Shown here: positions 53,050 to 64,000 of the stretch, piece by piece | How positions within the stretch are numbered: the first letter of the stretch is position 1 | Layout of the letters: each line of letters starts with the position of its first letter | Assembly: GCA_020137815.1 (NCBI GenBank) | Contig: CM035361.1 | Coordinates: 1,364,001-1,428,000, forward strand | Length of the DNA: 64,000 nt | Source of the DNA: Hormiphora californensis | Lineage: Eukaryota; Animalia; Ctenophora | Direction: 5' to 3' | Made by a program: the position numbers and the translations under genes | The notes under the pieces: model-generated | What the model was told of the DNA's origin: nothing | The model's input: the letters and a program-made list of their open reading frames with translations, nothing else | Databases searched by the model: none

Positions 53050-54830
53050 ACTTTTATAGCACCGAACCAGTCACTGAGGACAGACTACACCACCAAAGCT
53101 AAACCTGACGCGATTCGTTTACTCCCCAAGCAGCAACAAACTCCTCATCTCAGCAACACCACTCCCCAAGCAACAACTCCTTCGTCCAGCAAACAGATAC
53201 CTGAGCCGAAAAGAAAATGCCAGCGAACATTCATAGACGGATCCATATTAGACATATCGGGCAGGAACACCGTCCCGGAACATGAAACCTGCATATTCAC
53301 AGCTCGACCCTCCAGAGAGGCCCTGTATACGACCCAAAGACCAACACAACAGATACTGTTAAATCTACAGAAAACAGACTTCCTGGATACCATTGACCTA
53401 TTGAGCATGGACGCCAAATAAGTCACGACCTGATGGAGATTTCATGGGAACAACACCCTCAACTCGAAGGCAAACTAAACATACGAACAGCAGTAATGAT
53501 TGTCGAAAAATATAACAAGGACTTATATCCGCACTCTCAACACACGTCAATCAATCTACCCAGACATCCCCGGCGATGATTTGGAACAAATCTGACAATC
53601 ATCTCCACCTAAAGCAGGGAAAAATGAAGTCAATGTCACTGCAATGATTTTGTTCGTGACAATCGTCCATCGGAAGATCGCAGGACTGTTTCATACAAAT
53701 CAAAATACAATATAGTGGACGCCTCCTCTCGACAAAAATCAGTGCTCTATTCATCAACCGAAAACACAGGAGGTCTGTCAAGGTTATCACTAGCTCCTCC
53801 TCTTTGAGAATCCCTTGACTTCCACTACTGGATAGGTCCCCCACTTCAGGAACTCCAATACAAAATCCCATTCCACCTGCTGTGGACCGGAATCATCGGC
53901 CCACAAAGACTCGGCAAGAGAAAACAACTGCCCAAGATCCTGACGAAACGAACGGCCCAAACCAGAGACCCGGGTAACCTAACACCAAGAAGAAAAAAGA
54001 TCCAGATGGCCGCAACCGAGTCCACAAACACAAAAGAGATCAGTCATGAAACAAGCTCAGAGAAAGTGGGCAACACCGGACTCGCCTAACCCAAAATGCA
54101 GGATCTTTGAACCCGACAGCAAAAAACTTCATCAAAAAGGGAACTGGCGACAAATATAATAACTTGGCCAGCAAGAAAACCCTTTCTTTAAGAGCTCTGC
54201 GAAGCAGCCCGGACCACACCTTCACTGACATACTCGTGCAAGGATGCCCATTCTCAAAGACCTAGACTCTATATTTGAAGAAGAAAGAAAATAGTTAGGC
54301 CCTCGGCTAAGTTTGCCGAGCCATGCTGGAAGTTGACATACAACCCCCGTAAACTGAACTTTAGAACGACTTGAAATGAGTCAAGTGTCAAAAACACGGT
54401 GGCCTTCAAAAGAACTCTAGGGTCAAACACTGGGCGAAAGATTTATCTACCCCACACACAGCTAGGCCGCCAAAAAACCCATACTGCAGCAAGCTTAAAG
54501 GGAAATCTTCCAGGAAAACAGCAGATTAGGCCCGCCTCCGGACCGATCAACAGAAGGTTGGAGAATCCTCAAAGAACACACCAATGGAACAGACAGGAGA
54601 TTGTAAGCCAAACAACCCCGCTCAGCCTGAATCCTCAAAGATATCATAATCAAGCTAATGGAAGAAAAGACTTCTCTCACTGGAAAGAAAAGATGACTCG
54701 ATGTCAGCGGCAAATGGTCGCCAGCGACCAACGGAACAGAATGCTCCTACAGAGATCAGAACGAAGGCAAGAACTCCCAGAAATCAGGTGGAAGATCAGC
54801 AAAAACTCTACAGAATCACGCAAAATGTTT
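53050..54830 (+). pseudogene. Degenerate or error-ridden LINE fragment (APE-endonuclease-like)
   Basis: A/C-rich coding-like strand bias. Remnants in APE order (LY..., GDF, DL) across many frameshifts. Confidence 0.35.
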
Positions 54831-54928
54831 GATAAATCAAATGCGTTAAGGTTCGCAAACGGGAGATGGAATTGCAGAAAAACGCGTTAACGGGGTTTGG
54901 GAGAAAGAGAATGAGAGAGAGAGAGAAA

Positions 54929-54960
<32 letters not shown>

Positions 54961-55078
54961 GAGATAGAGGAAACATAATCAGGAGTGAAAAGCTATTGTA
55001 CGGCTTTACACGCTATTCAGCTACCCCACCCCACCCATGACAGCTATCTTTTCACAATCGAGTCACTGATTATAACCA

Positions 55079-55171
<93 letters not shown>

Positions 55172-55201
55172 TTCTCTCTCTCTCATTCTCTTTCTCCGCG
55201 T

Positions 55202-55345
55202 AAAAACGGCGCCGTTAACGGCGTTGTTTCTGCAATTCCAATTGCTCGCCAAAAATAAGTTGCAGAAACAACGCCGTTAACGGCGCCGTTCTTTACGTGC
55301 GCGGCTGTTTCTTGCATAAACGACGCCGTTCCTCGCCGTTAACGG
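55202..55345. repeat. Palindromic repeat cluster (aacggcgccgttaacggcg)
   Basis: Inverted pair at about 55204-55235 and 55259-55290, plus degenerate copies. Confidence 0.75.
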
Positions 55346-56024
55346 AGTAGAACGGCGTCGTTTGTGCAACAAACAGCGTGTGCGTGTTTACTAGGGTATG
55401 CAAATGCTTCTTCAAATACTTGTGTTGCAAGACTGCAGCAGCAGCCCCCCCCCCCCCCCCCCCCCGAGCTTGCTGCAAGTCTCGAAACAATAGGCCCCAA
55501 TTTGAATTTGATTTCAGACGTTGTTTTCCATCACAAAGCCAGGCCATGATGAGTCATCATCATTATCATCTCATTATGCATGTAACTCTGTCATAATTAC
55601 ACATATCTGCACAAGCAACCCTTCTGCAATGAGCTGCATGAGGGAATGTTGACTCATCGCCAAATACAGGTCATGCAGCATTTGAATATAAATTGCAGGG
55701 GAGACAAGATGAGCAGCAGCTCTCATGAATGGTGCATAGGAGCTTGGTGGGCGGAGTAAACTTTTCCAAGAAGTTTCCAGAGGATTCCACCCGGCAAGTA
55801 GATCTCAGCTCCGTATTCTCCAGACTGGTGAAGTTAAAATGACATACACCGGGTGGATGACGCAGATGTCATTTTAACTGCGGAGTGTATTACACCCCGC
55901 ACCCCCCCCCCCCCCCACTGACCTCCCCAACCATCCCACCCATGGCTAATTTCCTATTCCATTTTCTAAGATACACATAATTTAGTAATTCAATAAATAG
56001 AGTTCTTGAAATTTACACATAATC

Positions 56025-57011
56025 TTAGAAAATACTCGTTGTTACAAGTTTATTAATCACAACAATTTCCTGTTCAACCCCTCGAATCCTGTTAGTAAGA
56101 GTTTTACAAGTTCTACAACTGTCTCTCACCCACTTGATAACACTTCTTCTAAAACTCCTCAAGGATATGAAATATATAACAGGGTTAAAGGTGAATCCAA
56201 GGTAAAGTAGTGCTGCACAAAACCGGTAATAGTACAACGCCGCCCATTTCTTGGTATAGATCTTTGATTTAATGACGTAGTAGCTAGTAAATGGTAGATA
56301 GGACAAGATGTAGGAGAGTGAGATGAAGATAAGGGCTGCTACACCGTGCCTCCGGACCAGAAGGGTGTTCTTCCTGCACAGATATACCAGGAGGAACACC
56401 ACCGCACCGGTCCCTACCATCAAAGGAATGACACCGAAAAAGGAAGTAGCGATCATGGGAAGTAGAGTGTCTTTTGTAGCATCCGTGTAGTATCTCTCGC
56501 AGCGATAGTAGCTGATTCTAAACTCTGATTTTCTATGTAGAGCTAGATCAATGATTGCGTGAACTAGTGGCAGGATCCATATTATCAGTACAATTCGAAT
56601 ACCTGTTCTTCTGGTTCTGGTTCTCGCTTTGAAGGGAGCTAAAAGTGCGGTTATTTTGGAGATATTCAGCGCACAAATCGATAAAATCTCGTTTGAGCCA
56701 AGGTACAGTGTCAACAAACTCACAAAATTGCACCAATCATCACCAAAGATCCAAGAATTGGCGACAATTGACGTCCAATTTGAAATTATCGGCACTAGTA
56801 ACAGCAAATCTAAAATGGCAATATTTCTGATCAGAGTTACGGATACAAAGTCCAGCTTGACAGACTGGGTTGAGAGAAGGAATATATTCCCAGTCAGGGA
56901 GATACAGCACATAATGGCAATCCAAGATGCCAGGATAGCTCGTTCTGGAAGGGATGCAGGGATGTGTTGGAATGGAGCCAGGGTTGCCTGTAGGTCCATT
57001 GTGGTGTTCAT
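56025..57011 (-). CDS. Intronless class A (rhodopsin-like) orphan GPCR, 328 aa
   Basis: Seven hydrophobic segments: GN (TM1), AILD (TM2), WIFGDDWC (ECL1), LNISKI replacing DRY, SYLP (TM6), NPVIY (TM7). Likely start MNTT at 57011. Confidence 0.9.
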   Translation of the reverse strand: MNTTMDLQATLAPFQHIPASLPERAILASWIAIMCCISLTGNIFLLSTQSVKLDFVSVTLIRNIAILDLLLLVPIISNWTSIVANSWIFGDDWCNFVSLLTLYLGSNEILSICALNISKITALLAPFKARTRTRRTGIRIVLIIWILPLVHAIIDLALHRKSEFRISYYRCERYYTDATKDTLLPMIATSFFGVIPLMVGTGAVVFLLVYLCRKNTLLVRRHGVAALIFISLSYILSYLPFTSYYVIKSKIYTKKWAALYYYRFCAALLYLGFTFNPVIYFISLRSFRRSVIKWVRDSCRTCKTLTNRIRGVEQEIVVINKLVTTSIF

Positions 57012-57526
57012 TGTTGAGAGCCCTGTTTGGGGAGAGATAGTGTGAGTATAAGAATCTAAAAACATTGAGCAAACAGCTGGAAAACAGCTGGACTTGAAAC
57101 TGAGGTTCAATTGTGAACTCGTGTCCAAAACAACGGGCGATTTGAATAACTTCTTGAGCACTATACTTCTATTTAGATACCTCGAGCCCCTGCAATATTA
57201 GCATATATATCCAGCTATATCGGGTTCATGACAATTAGCATATATGCACTTCACACTTCAATGCCATATTGATACTTTGCTGGTACTAGGTCAAGCAACA
57301 ACTTCACTACCATGAACACTATAATAACAGGGTATATAAGTCACGAATCGCCGAATATTATATGACACACGTCACATAACACATATCTATTCCACGTCAC
57401 AACACATGCGTTTTATGGAGCAATTATGGCAATGACACCGCATCATGACTGATCGCTGTCAGTTTATATCGGACTGAGAGTGATGATAATTGATGTGGAA
57501 CAATTAGCATATACTGAACTTTTATA

Positions 57527-58181
57527 GGGGGACCACATACAGCACCGGTGCGAACTCCAGAACGTCGCACCACATACTGTCGGTGGAAACTTCAGTACAG
57601 TGAGTGTATGTGGTGCCTCTTACTGAACAATCAATAAAAAACCTTCAAAACAAGCTAAAAACACGTAATTTTTTGTGAAATATCTTCCTCTCACTAATAC
57701 CGAACTCTCTCTACCTCCTTTTCTCTCTCTTGTTATGTTTATCTCCACTTATCTCTCTCTTATCTTTCCCGATTGCAGCACATATTTTCTCGATATGTCG
57801 GATAATCTCGCCCTTGTTCTAGGTGTGGCCCTTTCTGTCGTAGTGAGAGTGCGTGCGCCTCTTATTGGTTGATGTGGTGTGGGTGTGTGTGTGTATTGTG
57901 AGATGCAGGTCTGTCATTGGCTAGTGCGCGCACGTGACCCCCACGTGACCTTTCAGTTCAGTACGAAGAGCACATACAGCACCGTACTGATCTTTTCTGA
58001 GCTAAGCTCACGTGAGATTGTGTACTGATAGTCCCACCGATATTTATCAGTAAGAGGCACCACATACGGCAGTGCGTACTGGAGTTTGCACCGAAAGTGT
58101 TGTATGTGCTAGTAAGAACTGAAGTTAGAGGCACCACATACGGCGGTGCGAATTTCAGTACAGTGCTGTATGTGGTCCCCC
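57527..58181. mobile_element. PIF/Harbinger-like MITE
   Basis: TIR gggggaccacatacagcac / gtgctgtatgtggtccccc, 3-bp ATA on both sides, subterminal gcaccacatac repeats. Confidence 0.8.
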
Positions 58182-58989
58182 ATAGAGAGATACAGAGATT
58201 TTATACTGATTCTAGAAAATTCGAATCGAACGAATAGTTTCCCAAAATATCATTGTGTTTACGGCAATCGAATTTTAAAACAAGTAGGTACAACTAAAAC
58301 ACTTCCAAAGAAGAGACAAATTTGTCTTATGCTTGTACACTTACAACGCACATATAACAATATGAGCATAAACGTATGAGACAACAAGAATATGATGTTG
58401 CAATCAAGAAAATGACTTTGGAGGGATGGGGGTTAAGAGATTGATTGTCTAGTCAAGAATACCATTCTCTCAGAGGTTCAAAATCGAAGTAGTGTCGGGT
58501 ACAAACAAGACAAAAGATTGAGGGAAATGCATATTATGCTGTGTGTGAGAGAGCTTGTAGTTATCTATCCCATTCAGCCATAATAATATGTAATCTTGAT
58601 GATCAGCAGTATAATGATTGCTACATATTATGGGTGACAGCTCCTGTCACACTAATCAATCATCTGACTGCCGTCTGGGCGACTGCCAACTAGACAGAAA
58701 CTAACTCTGGAAGTTGGACTGTGGTTTGAATGGTTGGGAATTAAAACTTGAATGATGAATGATGTATTTTTCATCATTATTCGTCATTTATTCTTTATTT
58801 ATTATTACAATTTCTTTTCAATATACTTTGACGACAACAATTTATATGGAAAGTTAACATCACAGATTTTTTCCATCAAAACTAAACAATTAAATTATTC
58901 TGTACACACGTGACACAAACCAGGCATTAATGATTGATAATAATAATAATTATATATGTTAAAAACTCTGCTATTCCACATCCAAGTTC

Positions 58990-61900
58990 TCAATGGATTG
59001 ATAGTGTACTTTTTTCCTTTTTGAAGAATGCACCATTATTAACAGGACTGCCACCGTTATCACGATACACCCAAAGAACATGGTGGATATGAAGAATCCT
59101 GTGTAGTAGGTGGCCGCACCTCCAACTACACTTCCTGCCCTGATGGGGGTATAGGGGGTTAGACATGTATTGGGGGAAAACAGTCGTGCCTGAACCTCAG
59201 GTTCATGCTACGGCTATTTTTCACTGATACCTAAGATCTCGAGTTTCAGTGACGACTATTCCCTGAGATTTAAGGGAATATCCGCCATTGAAACCTGAAT
59301 GTTTTCCCCCATTGGGGATAGGGAGAGGGTGGGGTGAACTGTATTGAAACTGTATATCTAAAAGTCATAGCTGTTAGATTTCTCATAGGTTCTAAAAGGC
59401 CCCTTTCTGTTCATGAACTAATCGCACTGATTAGAATCATCATTAGATCTGATCACAAGGTTATCTCGAATAGAAGATTGTATGAATCAATTCATTCGTA
59501 GCTATATATGTATTATCTTTCAGACCATTGGTCCGATTCTACAGAATATCCCATCGCGTATTAGGGTGTTGGATTTTAAAATCAATTTTTTGTACCTCAT
59601 CTTACTAGATGGAATTTTTAACGCTGATTCCGAATCTGTCAAAATTTTTGATCTACGAGTATGTCTTCAGGTGTAACCGTGCTCCTAAATGAACTTGACT
59701 GTGCGCTGCGTTCCACTGCTGACACTATGATAGACTATCACGTGATCATGTCACGTGCTCTCCCCCCCAACCCAATTAGTTGCGCTCGCGATCTTACACA
59801 CGACTCACGAGCACGTCACTTGAGACCTGTGGAAACATCTCTCTCCAGCAGACTATAGGTGAGAGATGTTTTTCACTTTCTATCCGAAATTCCGAGATTA
59901 AGGAACGTATTAATTTGAAGGGAATATGAGAATATGAAATGCCAAGAATTTTAGAACACAAAACAGACGCATCATGAAACTTCATAGAAGCTAAATAGTA
60001 TGTTTCCGGCTGAACATTTGTGGATATATATCTCAGATATAAAATACAATGGTCATGTGTAGAATAAAATTACTTGAACATTGGTCTGATCGAACAAGTC
60101 TGAGTCGGGTGCTCGTAGGTGTGACTGGTGAACTGGGTAGTTCAGGCTCTGAATTCGGTGGTTGAACTATTTTCCTCAATAAAATTCAACTCAAATCTGT
60201 TTCTAGTTCTCATTTCCATCACACATGACCTCCCAGTTACCACTGAACTGTCTCTCGGGCCTGGCCTGGTCTCATTACTAAATTACAGCTACATTTTTGT
60301 CCAATATTAGCTCTTCCCCTCACTAAAATGCAACTTAAATCCGCCTCAAATACCAATATTCGACAACACATGATCTCTCAGTCATCAGCGAGCAGTCTCC
60401 CCGGCAACGCACAGTCCAATAGTTAGTTTAGGGCAGCAATTTTGGCCAAAATCGACCAAAACTGTGGAATTTCGCGTTTAGTTAAATTTGGCAAACTTTG
60501 TACTTTGCCATTGCGTGTTTGATAAAGGAGCACTAACAATACAAGTCACAGAGCAGAATTCTATTCATTACTCGTTCGTTACGTTGCATTTCGTTTCACT
60601 TTTGCTTGTCTCAGACACCAAAAAGGGCTATTTTCCTCAATAAAATTCAACTCAAATCTGTTTCTAGTTCTCATTTCCATCACAACAACTAATCTATTTC
60701 ACGTTACCTATTTTCAAGACCAAGACCCTCTCAAAGGCAAAATGTTACCTACCCGACCAAGACCCTCTCAAAGGCAAAACGTTACCTAACGGACCAAGAT
60801 CCTCTCAAATGTTCCAGAAACCATGAGTCTCTTTCTCTCCCAGGGGAGAGAAAGGGACTCAGCGCCATAGTTATCACATACCCGGGTTGGTATGGAGGTT
60901 TGCTGAGCGTATCCCATGGTTTAGTGACAAACAAACAAACAAACAAACAAACAGATACGAGTTGGGAAAAGGTAGTCTCTTTCTCAAAACACGTGATTTG
61001 TCATGTGTGTTAAGACAATCCCGGCTCAAAGTGGTCGGGATCGGATTGGGAATATCCTACTCGATCTACTGATTGAGATTTACTAACTAGGTACTTCCTC
61101 TTTCAGATCTCTTCCTGTTGCTCGGACCACACTTTAAGTCCAGGTCTTGTTTCAGGAAACACCGCTAAATTAGTAGCCTGCTCTTGCATTTGGATCAATG
61201 GAACCAGTGTCTGTATATCTTTTCAGAATTCCAATATAATATTTCCAATCTCTCTCCCTCTCTCAGGGTTTAACCATTCCATTTCTCACTGGGTGACGGG
61301 CTCGTGTGTAAGATCGCGAGCGCAACTAATTGGGTTGGGGGAGAGAGAGCACGTGACATGATCACGTGATAGTCTATCATAGTGTCAGCAGTGGAACGCA
61401 GCGCACAGTCAAGTTCATTTAGGAGCACGGTTACACCTGAAGACATACTCGTAGATCAAAAATTTTGACAGATTCGGAATCAGCGTTAAAAATTCCATCT
61501 AGTAAGATGAGGTACAAAAAATTGATTTTAAAATCCAACACCCTATCGCGTATATCTTTATCGAGATAATTACAATTTATAAATCGATATGATAATTGTA
61601 GAATCTTTCTTACCACAATCCCCCATAAAAAGCAAAGTTCTGAAGAGCAGCAAGAATTCCACAGAATTGATCGTCTCGATTGTAACCCAATGCAATCGCT
61701 TCATCGACCATTGCCGGTAACGTCGCACTGTAGATGATAACGGTGATTATTATGAAGGAGCACTTGAAATTGTTATGAAGGAGCACTAATCTTTGCGAAA
61801 GGACAATATCTACTGATATCGCTGGAGCTGGTGAGGTTTTCTAATCATATGATTATAAAACCTCATATATTCGGTTCTTATAATTGTGATGATGAAATAT

Positions 61901-63785
61901 ATGATTCATCTGTATGGGATATGGGATACACAATATAAGGGAGATCATTACGAACCTGAAAACGGGAGCCTGACCCACTCCTATCAGAACTAGTGATATA
62001 CACACTCTCAGCCCGATATAACTGAAACGATAAAACGAGTAAGAAAATGATTCAAGAAATTGAGATATTTATATCCTCTCAAAAGATTTTGAGTTTTACA
62101 GATACTTAGTACCAGGAACCAACCGAAACAAGTAAACAACCAATCAGAACTCGTTATTTAGGTCACGTGACTGGTTATCAGCCAATCAGGGACCAGTATT
62201 TCCTGATTCGGTCGGGTCCTGCTTAGTAGGTATCTGTAAAACTCAAAATCTTGTACTTACTGCAATGGGATGGGTCCACTGTTCTGCATACCCACAAAGA
62301 CGTAACCCAGACCTGCTGTAATGCTTCCCATTGCTAGTACAACACTTGGATTCCATCCCCATGTATCAACTGGGAGGAGAGGAGGATTATATTGGGACAA
62401 AATTCAAGGCTTGAGTTTCAAGGATGTTATGAAAATGATTCGATGATTTTGATTCAAGGATAATCTATGTAAACTTACTCAGGGTGCCAACTGGTGGGGT
62501 CCCCAGTGTAAATGCAATGTCTCTGATGAGATAAAATACCCCAATCTCTGCCGTGTTATTGAACCCTGAAAGTAATAATATTGGAAAACAATTTTTGGCC
62601 GATCTCACGTTTAGGGTTCTCTCAGATTGAACTCAGAGGGGAGATTGATAAAAAAAATAAACAAGTTGTTACCTTGGATATTAAGATAAGGTGAGAGAGT
62701 GGGATCCAGAAATGAGGTACAGGCACATCCAAATGTTGTGGTAACCACAATCAACTGAAATTGTATTATTATTTGATTGACTGGAAAACCTTCATTAAAA
62801 TAAATTTTACAGCTGACAGCATATATTTGATCATGTAAACTTACAAGGAATCGAGGGTTGGTGAGGAGGTACCAGGATTTAGTGAACACTTCTGAGGGAG
62901 ATACTGGCTCTGAACTACTCTTCGACCAGGACTCTGACCTTCTCAGAACCATCGATACCTGAGATGATAAAATGAAAATCTTCCACACTCTTCCACATTA
63001 GATAAGCCTCGACATGGATAAACTTCCCACTAAAATTTTGACAAACCCGTTTTTCCTTATTCAAAAAGGTTACGAGAATTTTGACCAAATATTGATATTC
63101 CTCTACCGAGAAGCAGAGATAACTGTAACAAGTTCCCCTACCGAGAAGCTAGATGTGAAACAGAGGATGGCAGAGATAACAAAGGGGATGGTGAAGTTGC
63201 TCCATTCGTATACCAAACCTCCCAGTGGTGGGCCAATCATAAAGGAGATGCCAACACAGCTGTTTAGATAACTGTTTACCTGGAAATAATGGAATGAAAA
63301 AAATGGAAGGAAAATAGGAGTGAAATGGTATGAAAGAGAAACTAATTTTCCTGTTTCCTGTTTCGGTTGAGTATATTCTGCAACTCTGAATTAAACTCAT
63401 GTTCACCCTGGCAATTTAAATAACCCGGTTTCAGTATGTTCTATCCTATTTACCCTGGCAAGGTCTCGTGTAAAGCGAGCTGAGACGATTGCAAAAACAG
63501 CCGTATCACTTGCTGCACAACCGATTCCCTGAAGCGCCCGTAACACAAAACTTCCCTGAAAATAGTACGAACTGATTAGTACAAGTGATATGACATCACA
63601 TATTGTCTTCTTGACATTATTTATGACATTATTCAAGACTTGTCACTTTCTCATTCACGACATTATTCAAGACTTGCCACTTTTTCTAGTTATATTATTC
63701 TTACCACTCCATAGATATAAACATTGTCCACTTGATCGATCCCCCCGAAGATAAGGGAACACCCTCCAACAAGAACCAATCCAAT
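58990..63785 (-). CDS. MFS transporter, SLC18B1/VMAT-like (5' end lies beyond the window)
   Basis: Exons 63785-63705, 63555-63454 (LRALQGIGCAASDTAVFAIV), 63279-63142 (FMIGPPLGGLVYEWSNFTIPF), further exons near 62.9, 62.5, 62.3, 62.0 and 61.7 kb, then 59139-58990. The 3' end is uncertain. Confidence 0.85.
59562..61545. mobile_element. 1984-bp non-autonomous hAT element with ~245-bp inverted arms
   Basis: Termini tagggtgttgg / ccaacacccta. Perfect 8-bp TSD tcgcgtat at 59554-59561 and 61546-61553. Confidence 0.9.
62113..62221. mobile_element. 109-bp hAT-like MITE, copy 2
   Basis: Matches 8082-8190. 8-bp TSD cttagtac / cttagtag. Confidence 0.88.
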
Positions 63786-63788
63786 CTG

Positions 63789-63841
<53 letters not shown>

Positions 63842-64000
63842 AAAGAGAGAGAGATACTATGATAGTAGGTGGAAGAAAAGTTAACGAGAATAGTAGATGC
63901 TTATATGCAGATATGATTGGGTATTTGTAACCCGGAGCTTTTTATAGACCGAAGAAAATAACTAGGCTATGATAGAAGCTTCACCCTAGAAGGAGTGAGA

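Noticed and set aside
57012-57161. 50-aa N-terminal extension of the GPCR
   Set aside because: Non-ATG start. ATG 57011 (MNTT, an N-glycosylation sequon) preceded by an acceptor is more plausible.

Overview
Intron-rich, repeat-rich eukaryotic (animal) DNA. It is most likely from a ctenophore (Pleurobrachia-like); this is an inference from the epsilon-type iGluR, the non-DRY GPCR, a domain I associate with ctenophores, and the MITE families. The ORF track misses most genes, so I rebuilt exon chains by hand from GT-AG sites and reading phase. Genes: (1) a single-exon secreted Gly/Ser/Arg-repeat protein; (2) FoxG (minus strand), whose forkhead domain is split by a 7.2-kb intron; (3) an 18-exon antisense gene nested in that intron, encoding a secreted Ig-follistatin/Kazal-Ig-vWD(GDPH)-C8 protein; (4, 5) two closely spaced small secreted beta-rich proteins; (6) an ionotropic glutamate receptor of about 17 exons; (7) an intronless class A GPCR; (8) the 3' part of an SLC18B1-like MFS transporter. 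Mobile DNA: a 5'-truncated Penelope-like element ending in a minimal hammerhead ribozyme, nested in a Helentron/HINE-like element; several long palindromic (foldback) elements; hAT, Harbinger and Tc1/pogo MITEs; satellites; and a degenerate LINE. The most unusual element is a 1.16-kb foldback carrying two convergent 5S rRNA-derived Pol III internal control regions. Several patches (about 23.2-23.9, 43.9-44.9, 47.0-47.6 and 48.5-55.0 kb) look like unpolished long-read sequence, so frameshifts there are not trustworthy.
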